Of a stretch of 64,000 nt of DNA, positions 7,853 to 16,628 are shown piece after piece. The notes beneath the pieces are model-generated. The model saw only the letters and a list, made by a program, of their open reading frames with translations, did not search any database and had not been told where the DNA came from. Each line of letters opens with the position of its first letter. The first letter of the stretch is position 1. The position numbers and the translations under genes are program-made. Source of the DNA: Salinispira sp. (lineage in GTDB: Bacteria; Spirochaetota; Spirochaetia; DSM-27196; Salinispiraceae); assembly GCA_965602015.1 (NCBI GenBank), contig OZ271918.1, positions 640,001 through 704,000 on the forward strand, written 5' to 3'.

Positions 7853-9125
7853 AATACATGAAATCGATTCGGAGGAATACCAGGAGGCGGTCCTCAATCA
7901 GAACCTTGCCGTTTTGGATTTCTACTCAACCGAATGCCCTCCCTGCGAAGCTCTGGCAGCAAAATTCGAGGCTCTTAGTGAGATCTATGGCGACCACATT
8001 AGATTCGTCAAAATTTTCCGTCAGGGAAATCGGGATCTTGCCCTCAAACTCGGGGTTACGGGTAGCCCGACCCTTTTATTCTACCGGGCCGGCGAGATGG
8101 TCGGCGACAAACTCACTGGTGGCATAAGACGATCGGCAATTATGAAAAACCTCGATAGTTTACTAGGCGAAAGCCGGGCAGCGGAACTAAAAACCCGGAT
8201 TAAGGCTGTTGAGACGACGGCCGATGCGGTAATTCTCGGCGGGGGACCTGCAGGACTGACCGCCGGTATATACCTAGCACAGGCTCGCCTAAAAACCATC
8301 CTTGTGGACACCGCCCTTCCGGGAGGCTATGTAGCGACGACGCACCAGGTATCAAATTACCCAGGCTTCGTTGAGCCTCAAACCGGCATGATGCTCAGCC
8401 ATTACATTAGTGAGCAGGCCAAAAAAAACGGTGTCGATTTCCGGGCTGCTGTTGAAGTAAATGAGGTCAACCTAAAGGAGCGAACCGTCCGGATTGACGG
8501 ATTTGAGACGATCAGGGGAAAAAAGCTGCTCATCGCCACCGGATCGAGCCCACGGCCCCTGGGAATCCCCGGGGAACTCGAGTTCCGGGGAGACGGAATT
8601 TCGTACTGCGCCACCTGCGACGCAAAGTACTTCGACGGCAAGGACGTGATTGTTGTGGGCGGGGGAAACTCTGCCATTGAAGAGGCTCTTTTTATCAGCA
8701 AGTTTGCTAAATCAATAACCATCGTTCATCAATTCGATGATCTTCAGGCTAACAAATTAGCCCAGGAGAAAATCTACGCAAATCCCAAGGTTGAATTCCT
8801 GCTCAGTCATGAACCAAGGGAGTTCAAGCGCTACGGCACCATGGACATGGGGGTGGTAATCGAAAACCTCAAGACGAAGTCGAGAAGGGAAATCCGAGCA
8901 CACGGGATTTTTGCTTTCATCGGATTTATGGCAAATCTCGATGGTCTCCAGGGATTAGAGCAGGACCAGTGGGGTTACATTAAAACTGACGGAGAAATGC
9001 GCACCAATATCGACGGAGTGTATGCCGCAGGTGATATTACATCCAAGATGTATCGGCAGATTACCACAGCGGTGAGCGATGGTACCATCGCTGGAATAAG
9101 CATGAGCAAGGAAATATCAGGATAG
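7842..9125 (+). CDS. Thioredoxin-thioredoxin reductase fusion protein
   Basis: N-terminal Trx fold (LDFYSTECPPC...GSPTLLFY) fused to TrxB (GGGPAGL, ISYCATCD, GGGNSA, YAAGD); AGGAGG RBS favours ATG 7842; overlaps the end of the rSAM gene. Confidence 0.9.
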   Translation: MAGKIHEIDSEEYQEAVLNQNLAVLDFYSTECPPCEALAAKFEALSEIYGDHIRFVKIFRQGNRDLALKLGVTGSPTLLFYRAGEMVGDKLTGGIRRSAIMKNLDSLLGESRAAELKTRIKAVETTADAVILGGGPAGLTAGIYLAQARLKTILVDTALPGGYVATTHQVSNYPGFVEPQTGMMLSHYISEQAKKNGVDFRAAVEVNEVNLKERTVRIDGFETIRGKKLLIATGSSPRPLGIPGELEFRGDGISYCATCDAKYFDGKDVIVVGGGNSAIEEALFISKFAKSITIVHQFDDLQANKLAQEKIYANPKVEFLLSHEPREFKRYGTMDMGVVIENLKTKSRREIRAHGIFAFIGFMANLDGLQGLEQDQWGYIKTDGEMRTNIDGVYAAGDITSKMYRQITTAVSDGTIAGISMSKEISG

Positions 9126-9191
9126 CACCCAGATAACCCCGCGCATTAATTCTATTGCACAACAATCCGGGCATACGCATAATCGGATTAT

Positions 9192-11357
9192 ATGAACGAT
9201 GCTGATGCCCGAATTTTTTCCCGGTTGTCCTCCGAACTAACCATCAATGAAAAACAGATACACGCCGTCGCCGAACTTCTCGATGAGGGATCAACGGTTC
9301 CCTTTATCGCCCGCTACCGAAAAGAAAAAAGCGGAAACCTCGATGAGACCCGCATTATAGCCATCCGGGACGGTTTAGCCAAAAACCGGGACCTGGAAAA
9401 GCGGCGGGCTTTTATCCTAGAAAGCATAGATAAACAGGGAGCCCTTACACTGGAACTTCAACGGGACGTTCAGAGCGCGGGGGACTCGAACCGTCTGGAA
9501 GACCTGTACCTTCCCTACAAGCAAAAACGGGAAACCCGAGGGTCCCGAGCCCGAAAGCAGGGCCTGGAAGATCTTGCCCGGAAACTTGCATCCGGTGCTG
9601 TCCATGACCCCCTTCTCGAGGCAGCCCATTTTGTTTCCCCTTCTGACGGTCCGGCTAGTGCTGCCGATGCCCTCACTGGCGCTCTGGATATCATTGCCGA
9701 AGATATCAGCTTAAATCCCGACCTGCGACACAGTATGCGGATTCTTTTTCGCGAGAACGGGGTATTACAATCTCTCGCCGTGAAAAAGAAACAGAAAGAG
9801 GAGGCGGCGGCAATCTACCGTGATTATTTTGAACACCGGGAAGCGATTAGTCGAATAAAGGGACATCGGCTACTGGCAATGCTCCGGGGTCAGCGGGAAG
9901 GTTTTTTGCGACTTTCCCTTGAGCCCGATCGGGAACAGGCTCTGAAGCTCATCGGCGCAATACATTTCAAGGGACTGCCCCAGCCCTTCCTCCGAACTCC
10001 TGCCGGCGAGGCATTGCGTCGCGCCGCCGAGGACGGGTATGCCAGACTGGTAAAACCTTCCCTGGAGAACGAAATACTGAAGCTCAAGCGGGAGGCCGCC
10101 GAGAAAGAAGCCATCTCGGTTTTTTCTGAGAACCTCAGACAGCTCCTTTTGTCGCCACCGTTGGGACCCCGCATTACACTGGGGGTGGATCCGGGCCTGC
10201 GAACCGGCTGCAAGTTGGTGGTGATCGGGCGGGAAGGAGAACTACTCGAAAGCTCGGTAATTTATCCGCTGGCTCCTCGGGAAGATACCGAGGGGGCAGC
10301 CAGAACCGTCCACGGGCTTGCCGATAAATACCGGATTGAAGCGGTTGCGGTCGGCAACGGAACCGGGGGGCGGGAAGCCCTCAGATTTATTAATGAACTC
10401 GCCCTGGGTCCTGAAGTTACCGTTGCCTCGGTTAACGAGAGCGGTGCTTCGGTATATTCTGCCTCGGAAATCGCTCGACGGGAATTTCCCCATGAGGACC
10501 TCACCGTGCGCGGAGCCGTTTCCATAGCCCGCAGGCTGGTCGATCCCTTGGCTGAGCTGGTGAAGATTGATCCCCGCTCAATCGGAGTTGGCCAGTATCA
10601 GCACGACGTAGACCAGAAGGCGCTACAGACCAGCCTTGCCGATGTGGTGTCAAGCTGCGTAAACGCTGTCGGAGTAAACCTCAACACCGCCAGCGACGAG
10701 CTTCTGTCCTACGTTTCGGGCTTAAGCACCCAACTCGGTCGTAAAATTGTCGAGTATCGAGTAAAAAAAGGAGGCTTTCGAACTCGTCAGCAATTGCTTA
10801 ACGTCCCTGGACTCGGGGAAAAAACCTTCCAGCAGGCTGCCGGTTTTTTAAGAATACTCGACGGAGACCACCCGCTGGACGCCTCGGCTGTTCACCCGGA
10901 GCGCTATGCCCTGGTGGAGCGCATGGCGAAGTCGGGGGGGTATGGTCTTGCCGACCTGATACGCGATTCTACGCTGCCCTCAACAATTCCCATTGATCAA
11001 TTCGTCGAAAAAGAGGTGGGACTGCCCACACTGCAAGATATCATTTCTGAACTTGAGAAACCCGGAAGAGATCCCAGGCCGCCATTTGAGGATTTTGCCT
11101 TCTCAGAAGACGTCCATACTATAGAAGATGTAAAGCCCGGTATGCGGCTTCCCGGCCTTGTGACGAACATCACAAAGTTCGGCGCATTCGTCGACATCGG
11201 CGTACATCAGGACGGCCTTGTCCATATCAGCCAGATGGCGGACCGCTTCGTCTCGGACCCGGGAGAAGCGGTGCGGCTCGGCCAAAAAGTGATCGTCAGG
11301 GTATTAGAGGTAGATGCCAGGCGCCGGCGGATATCTTTGAGCTTGAAGAAAACATAA
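9192..11357 (+). CDS. tex: Tex-family transcription accessory protein (S1 domain)
   Basis: TVPFIARYRKE, LEDLYLPYK, GVDPGLRTGCK, SIGVGQYQHD and C-terminal S1 domain (FGAFVDIGVHQDGLVHIS). Confidence 0.93.
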   Translation: MNDADARIFSRLSSELTINEKQIHAVAELLDEGSTVPFIARYRKEKSGNLDETRIIAIRDGLAKNRDLEKRRAFILESIDKQGALTLELQRDVQSAGDSNRLEDLYLPYKQKRETRGSRARKQGLEDLARKLASGAVHDPLLEAAHFVSPSDGPASAADALTGALDIIAEDISLNPDLRHSMRILFRENGVLQSLAVKKKQKEEAAAIYRDYFEHREAISRIKGHRLLAMLRGQREGFLRLSLEPDREQALKLIGAIHFKGLPQPFLRTPAGEALRRAAEDGYARLVKPSLENEILKLKREAAEKEAISVFSENLRQLLLSPPLGPRITLGVDPGLRTGCKLVVIGREGELLESSVIYPLAPREDTEGAARTVHGLADKYRIEAVAVGNGTGGREALRFINELALGPEVTVASVNESGASVYSASEIARREFPHEDLTVRGAVSIARRLVDPLAELVKIDPRSIGVGQYQHDVDQKALQTSLADVVSSCVNAVGVNLNTASDELLSYVSGLSTQLGRKIVEYRVKKGGFRTRQQLLNVPGLGEKTFQQAAGFLRILDGDHPLDASAVHPERYALVERMAKSGGYGLADLIRDSTLPSTIPIDQFVEKEVGLPTLQDIISELEKPGRDPRPPFEDFAFSEDVHTIEDVKPGMRLPGLVTNITKFGAFVDIGVHQDGLVHISQMADRFVSDPGEAVRLGQKVIVRVLEVDARRRRISLSLKKT

Positions 11358-11436
11358 GACCAGCCAAGACGAAAAATCCTCGCGGTTCAGCGTAGATGGA
11401 TTTATACTGGAATCATTGAGTGATGCAGGAGGAACG

Positions 11437-11601
11437 ATGTCCAGGAAAACCATTACCGTGAAAGAATTTGCGGTGGAGTTGGCCGAAAGACTCAACGCAG
11501 GAAAAGATGTAAATTGCTGCAAGCAGGAGATTCTTAACCTGGTGAACATAGTTGTGAAGCGTATTCCCGCTGAGCCCATCGAAGTGGAGTGGAAGGATTG
11601 A
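11437..11601 (+). CDS. Small hypothetical protein (54 aa, contains a CC motif)
   Basis: AGGAGG RBS immediately before ATG 11437; overlaps the next ORF. Confidence 0.6.
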   Translation: MSRKTITVKEFAVELAERLNAGKDVNCCKQEILNLVNIVVKRIPAEPIEVEWKD

Positions 11602-12071
11602 AAGTGGGTGAAGGGGATAAACGCGGACTGCTTACAGAAATTGAGGCTTTGGAAAAAAAAGCACCGGGCCTTGATGACCTGCATCACGCTTTCGGCGGGG
11701 TGTTTGCGGATTATTTATCTGAGGCGTTGAAGAATCTGCGAATCCGGGAAGTGTTTCATCCTATTCTGCTCGACCCCTGGAATATTGGTGACCCGAAATC
11801 CTTCGTCGTCTCGAACAACATTTCGTTCCATCAGCTTTTCGAACTGCAGCAGGACATGCGGGCATTTATGTGCGAGCTGCGCAGGCGTTATATGTGCGAT
11901 ATTGATGAAATTATCGATTACGCCGGGCCCCACCTTCCATCGAGTTTGAGCTATAGCGAGAAGAGTCTGGTACTGTTATACATCCTCAACCGGATGTGCG
12001 AGGCCCAGAATGATCTGCTTGAGAAGTTGGTTTCTTCATCTGATATCAGCCGCGATGTGTATGACCATTAG
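11589..12071 (+). CDS. Hypothetical protein
   Basis: 160-aa ORF coupled to the upstream small ORF; no motif recognised; start uncertain. Confidence 0.55.
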   Translation: MEGLKVGEGDKRGLLTEIEALEKKAPGLDDLHHAFGGVFADYLSEALKNLRIREVFHPILLDPWNIGDPKSFVVSNNISFHQLFELQQDMRAFMCELRRRYMCDIDEIIDYAGPHLPSSLSYSEKSLVLLYILNRMCEAQNDLLEKLVSSSDISRDVYDH

Positions 12072-12073
12072 TA

Positions 12074-13323
12074 AGTGCCCCAAAACAGCTGATCGAATCA
12101 ACATAACTCTTTTGCCAGTAGTCTTCTATGACACGATTACCGCTCATAGGAGATTACCATGGCATTTTACCCCCGATTCTGTCCGTACTCGGACTGCTCT
12201 CAGCATCATCGCGACAGAGAATCAAGCCGATGCTGGTTTGTCCGAAACGGCCACTATCACTGTCGCCGCCTCGGTTCTTCACAGCGCTATCGCTGTAAGC
12301 ATTGCCGTCGATACTTCTGCGAAAGCGCGTTTCACCTCGATTATCGCGCACATCATCGCCTCGATTACCGGCGCATCTTCTCTTCGATCAACTCGGCTTC
12401 CGGCATCCGCGACATTGCCCGGGAGTTTTATGTCACCGACAAGGTCATTCTCAATCGGCTGAGCCGATTGTCCCGTCAGGCAATCGCTGCCATGGCCCAG
12501 TTATTGAGCGATCATACAATCGATGAGGATATTGCCGTTGATGGGTTTGAAAGCTTTGTATATAGCCAATACTGGCCGAACAACTTCACCCTCGCGGTAG
12601 GTTCCGACAGCCAGGTTGTCTATGCGTGCGACTATGCGCAGATGCGGCGCAAAGGGCGGATGACCCCCGCACAAAAGCGCCGGCGCGATGAGCTCAATCG
12701 CCGGTATCCTATTGCAGGGGGACAAATTGCGCGATCTTTCCGTGATGTGATAAACACCATTCTTCCCAGGTGGAGGGCTTATTCATCGAAGAAGCCATGC
12801 TATCTCTTGAGCGATGAAAAACTCGAATACCGCCGTGAGCTGTTCGCTCACCGGGACTGGGCGGCGTTGGAAAATGCAGGGAAGGTACTCCATCACCGAA
12901 CCTCATCGAGGGTGGTCAGGACCACTGAGAACCCCCTGTTTCCGGTGAATTACCTGGATCGGGAGATACGAAAGGATCAATCCTGTCATGTCCGCCAGAG
13001 TGTGCAGTGGTCAAAATCGGTGAACAACAGCATGGAGCGGATGATGATTTACATCGCCTATCATAACCTGCTCAAGCCGTATCGGATAAACGGACGAAAC
13101 GATATCAGCCATGGTGAGGTTGCGGGGTTTGACCGAAAGCGGGTACTCACGTTGGCAAAAAGGATGTTTACACAGCGGGCCTTCGTTCATCATCTGGTGC
13201 TGGACATCAGCCAATGGAAGACCTGGCACCGGATCTGGAAGACACCGGTGAGTGCGCTAAAGATCGACCTACCCGATTATGCGGTGGCCTGAGGAGCGGG
13301 AAATCAGCTGTTTTGGGGGCACT
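12074..13323 (+). mobile_element. IS-like element with ~20-bp terminal inverted repeats enclosing an IS1-like transposase
   Basis: AGTGCCCCAAAACAGCTGAT (12074-12093) and ATCAGCTGTTTTGGGGGCACT (13303-13323) flank a single ORF; no clear target duplication. Confidence 0.8.
12159..13292 (+). CDS. IS1-like transposase (Zn ribbon + HTH + DDE-type core in one ORF)
   Basis: CPYSDC...QRYRCKHC zinc ribbon, GIRDIAREFYV HTH and acidic motifs VDGFE, LLSDEK and NYLDREIR; AGGAG RBS. Confidence 0.75.
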   Translation: MAFYPRFCPYSDCSQHHRDRESSRCWFVRNGHYHCRRLGSSQRYRCKHCRRYFCESAFHLDYRAHHRLDYRRIFSSINSASGIRDIAREFYVTDKVILNRLSRLSRQAIAAMAQLLSDHTIDEDIAVDGFESFVYSQYWPNNFTLAVGSDSQVVYACDYAQMRRKGRMTPAQKRRRDELNRRYPIAGGQIARSFRDVINTILPRWRAYSSKKPCYLLSDEKLEYRRELFAHRDWAALENAGKVLHHRTSSRVVRTTENPLFPVNYLDREIRKDQSCHVRQSVQWSKSVNNSMERMMIYIAYHNLLKPYRINGRNDISHGEVAGFDRKRVLTLAKRMFTQRAFVHHLVLDISQWKTWHRIWKTPVSALKIDLPDYAVA

Positions 13324-13324
13324 T

Positions 13325-14617
13325 TCAAATAACCCTCAAGCATCCCTTTTCCCGGGGGAAAACTGGTAGCACACTCAAATAGTCGAAAAAGCGTTTGATG
13401 AGGGTTTCGAAGTCTTTTCCTTTATCGGCTTGAATCATAAAAAACGCCTTCGATTCTATACCCGCACCGAATGGTCCGTGGATGACTTCCACATTTTCAC
13501 CGGTTTTATAGATTGAAAAGATGCTGTGAAGTAGTTCAAGCTTATCGTTGAAATTTCCGCTCTTTCTGTTTATCAGGTTAATTATATGCCGGTATTCATG
13601 GAGATATTCCTGATAGAGATAAGAAATTTTGGCATGATTTCCGCTTCGCAGGCCACGAATTATTTGCTGTGTCCGGTGCCGCTCGGTTCGGAAGAAATGG
13701 ATTAGAACGATGTCCTCATGGCTAAATCCTGAGAATGTCCCGGGATTCAACAAATCGTCATATTCCAGAGTGTGAATCCTCCTCAGCTCATCGTGAAGGT
13801 GAAGATAGGCTTCTTCGGTCCCCGGTCCTGAACTGAGGCTGTCAACGATATATTGGCGGCGGTCGAAAAAACCGCCGTTCTGTTCGATTCGTGAGACGCT
13901 GAAATCCGGAGTATTAGTACATATCTGGAGTCCGCCGTTCCAGATAATGGCGCCGCTGGCAAAATCGCCCTCTTCGCCAAAGTAAGATTCTTCGACTGAT
14001 TTTATCATAGCGGCAAGTTTATTGCCTTGGCCGGCCAGGGGATGCTCTGCGCGTGTTTCTGGCTGATCCGATAGGCAGTAAAGCATGAGCGCGGTGAATG
14101 ATGCCGAGGCATTTAATCCTCCCCCGGGAAGCAACTGTGAGTTGCAGTATGCATCAAATCCTCTAATGCTTATGTTATTTTGAAGCAGCTTTGCTGCTGC
14201 GCCACGGATTAGCGCTGATGAACTCGCGGCTTCACTTTCGACGGGTTCAAGTTCTGATATGTCGAGATGAAATGGATGTTCATACCCGTCGGAGTACAGC
14301 ACAACCTGCTGATCATCCCGGTGTCTGAGGATTAATAGGATGTCCGGATTAACCGCTGTTCCAAGGCTTAGACCTCCCCAGCTCTCCGCGTGGTTTCCCG
14401 CGTACATCAGTCTGCCCGGCGAGCTGTAGATGTAGACCTGATCACTCTCATTGATGTTTAAAAGTGAGCGGGCATTTTCACAGAGACTGTGGTATCGCAA
14501 CGGCAAATTGCCACGGTCAGCTTCGTCCAGGATTCCCGAATTCAGCCCCAAACTGGTTACCAGGCGGCTGGGGAAACCGGTGGACCCTACCAGTTGACGA
14601 ACGTCACTGAATTGCAT
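13325..14617 (-). CDS. Galactokinase-like GHMP kinase family protein (divergent)
   Basis: SPGRLMYAGNH and PGGGLNASAS resemble GalK motifs I and II; FGAG near the C-terminus; GGAGGA RBS favours ATG 14617. Confidence 0.7.
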   Translation of the reverse strand: MQFSDVRQLVGSTGFPSRLVTSLGLNSGILDEADRGNLPLRYHSLCENARSLLNINESDQVYIYSSPGRLMYAGNHAESWGGLSLGTAVNPDILLILRHRDDQQVVLYSDGYEHPFHLDISELEPVESEAASSSALIRGAAAKLLQNNISIRGFDAYCNSQLLPGGGLNASASFTALMLYCLSDQPETRAEHPLAGQGNKLAAMIKSVEESYFGEEGDFASGAIIWNGGLQICTNTPDFSVSRIEQNGGFFDRRQYIVDSLSSGPGTEEAYLHLHDELRRIHTLEYDDLLNPGTFSGFSHEDIVLIHFFRTERHRTQQIIRGLRSGNHAKISYLYQEYLHEYRHIINLINRKSGNFNDKLELLHSIFSIYKTGENVEVIHGPFGAGIESKAFFMIQADKGKDFETLIKRFFDYLSVLPVFPREKGCLRVI

Positions 14618-14716
14618 GATTCCTCCGGATTCGACAAAGCCCATTGGCTTTCTTATAATCAACTATAAGCAATCCCGGCCAAAGTTGCCAAACCGTCGGG
14701 GAGCGAGGATGGAAAA

Positions 14717-15949
14717 TTGGCTAGTAACAGGCTTATCTGGAAAATCGAACCGGCGGTTATGAACTATCCCTGGGGAAGTAGGGATTCAGTTGAAAGGCTA
14801 TTGAACAGAAGCAATGCATCGGGTGAGCCTGTCGCAGAACTTTGGTTTGGGGCTCATCCCAGGGGGCCCAGCGTCGTGAGCGGAAGCAAAGCTACCCTGG
14901 CGGATCTGTTATATGCGGATCCGAAGGGTCTTTTGGGTGATAAGACTGCACAGCAGTTCTCGGGAAGATTTCCCTTTCTCTTTAAGGTCTTATCAGCTAA
15001 AAAGGGGCTGTCCATTCAGGCGCATCCGAGCAAGACACAGGCCGAAAGGGGATTTTCCCGGGAAAACAGCGAAGGTATCCCCATTGACGCACCTCATCGT
15101 AACTACCGCGATGACAATCACAAGCCTGAGTGCATCGTTGCCTTGGAAGATTTTTGGGCACTCTCAGGCTTTCGTCATCCCGAGCATATCGCCGGTCACT
15201 TCCGGGGGTGCTCACAAAGTCCTTTGGGGCTAAGGCTTGAGACCGCCCTCGAAGCAACGGGAGCACATGATGAGCAGCGACTTCGGGAATTCTATTCGAT
15301 ATTGATGTCTGCACCCGTCGAGTCCCAACTGGAACTATTATCTTATGTTTTGGATTATCAGAAAACCGTACCCAATAGAGATGATGCTAAAGGCCCCTGG
15401 TACTGGTTGGGAGAACTGAACCGGCAGTTTCCCGATGACCCCGGGGCCCTGGCCCCCTTGTATCTCAACGTAATCAGGCTTCGTCGGGGAGAAGGTCTAT
15501 TTATGAACGCTGGTTTGTTGCATGCATATCTTCGGGGCACCGGTCTGGAAATCATGGCTAATTCTGATAATGTCCTCAGGGGAGGCTGCACATCCAAACA
15601 TGTCGATCCTCCCGAGTTGGTGAAAGTTTTAAACTTTGTCTGCGATGAGCCCCATCTGGTACAAGCCGACGAAGCCGGGTGGTATCCAAGCCCTGTGCCG
15701 GAATTTCAGCTTGCGAGAATTGAACAGGATGGTGAGTTGCCCCGCTCTGTCCGGCATGATTTTGGACTTGCTTTGCGACCGGCTGTCGTGCTTGTCGAAT
15801 CGGGTGTACTGGAAATAAGGGCAGGAACCGAAACCCTGGTTCTGCAAAAAGGCGAATCGGCTTTTTTAGCTGCGGGGCAGCATGAAGTTGAAAGTATGAC
15901 TCCTGAAGGGGATGCGGCTTTTGCCCTGGCGAGTGTGAACCGACTGTGA
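14717..15949 (+). CDS. manA: Mannose-6-phosphate isomerase, class I
   Basis: NYPWGS, AELWFGAHP, LSIQAHP, NYRDDNHKPE, HAYLRG and EIMANSDNVLRGG. Confidence 0.93.
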   Translation: MASNRLIWKIEPAVMNYPWGSRDSVERLLNRSNASGEPVAELWFGAHPRGPSVVSGSKATLADLLYADPKGLLGDKTAQQFSGRFPFLFKVLSAKKGLSIQAHPSKTQAERGFSRENSEGIPIDAPHRNYRDDNHKPECIVALEDFWALSGFRHPEHIAGHFRGCSQSPLGLRLETALEATGAHDEQRLREFYSILMSAPVESQLELLSYVLDYQKTVPNRDDAKGPWYWLGELNRQFPDDPGALAPLYLNVIRLRRGEGLFMNAGLLHAYLRGTGLEIMANSDNVLRGGCTSKHVDPPELVKVLNFVCDEPHLVQADEAGWYPSPVPEFQLARIEQDGELPRSVRHDFGLALRPAVVLVESGVLEIRAGTETLVLQKGESAFLAAGQHEVESMTPEGDAAFALASVNRL

Positions 15950-16416
15950 GCGCCGTCATCATTTATGTTGATGCTGATTCCTGCCCTGTAAGGGTGAGGG
16001 AGATCATCGTAAAGGCCGCCCGGCGCAGGGACTGCATAGCCCACTTCATCGCCGCACGGGAAATTCCCCTACCCAAAGCCACTGAGGTTCGATTCACCCA
16101 AGTCGAACCGGGAGAAGATGCGGCTGATAAGGCTATCATACAGGCCGCTAGTCCCAGAGATTTGGTCGTCACCCGGGATATACCCTTGGCGGCCCAATTG
16201 GTAGAGAATGACGTCACGGTTATCAATGACCGGGGAGACCACTTCACCCGTGAAAACATCCGTCCCAGACTCAGCGAGCGGGATTTTATGGCGGATTTGC
16301 GGGCCATGGGACTTGAGAGTATGAAAGATCGCAGCTATTCGAACAGGGAACTCCAGGCCTTTTCTGCAACCTTCGACCGAGAACTCAGCACACTTATTCG
16401 AGAGCATAATCTATAA
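15946..16416 (+). CDS. YaiI/YqxD (DUF188) family protein
   Basis: YVDADSCPV, DAADKAI and VVTRDIPLA motifs. Confidence 0.88.
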   Translation: MSAVIIYVDADSCPVRVREIIVKAARRRDCIAHFIAAREIPLPKATEVRFTQVEPGEDAADKAIIQAASPRDLVVTRDIPLAAQLVENDVTVINDRGDHFTRENIRPRLSERDFMADLRAMGLESMKDRSYSNRELQAFSATFDRELSTLIREHNL

Positions 16417-16628
16417 TCTTCGATGCCGCCCAAAAGAGGCAAATGGACGACCCATTGGAGAAGAAAAGCCACGGAAAAAGCCAAGCTTCTGCTTGATTTT
16501 TTAGCTAAATGGTTCTAAATTTATCGAAATAGTATTGAAAAATAGTAAGGAATTATCGCGCTCTGCGTTTTTTGACGTCTTCGGGGCCGATACCCCGCCA
16601 CGCGAGTTCCAGGTCACAAGGAGTATAT

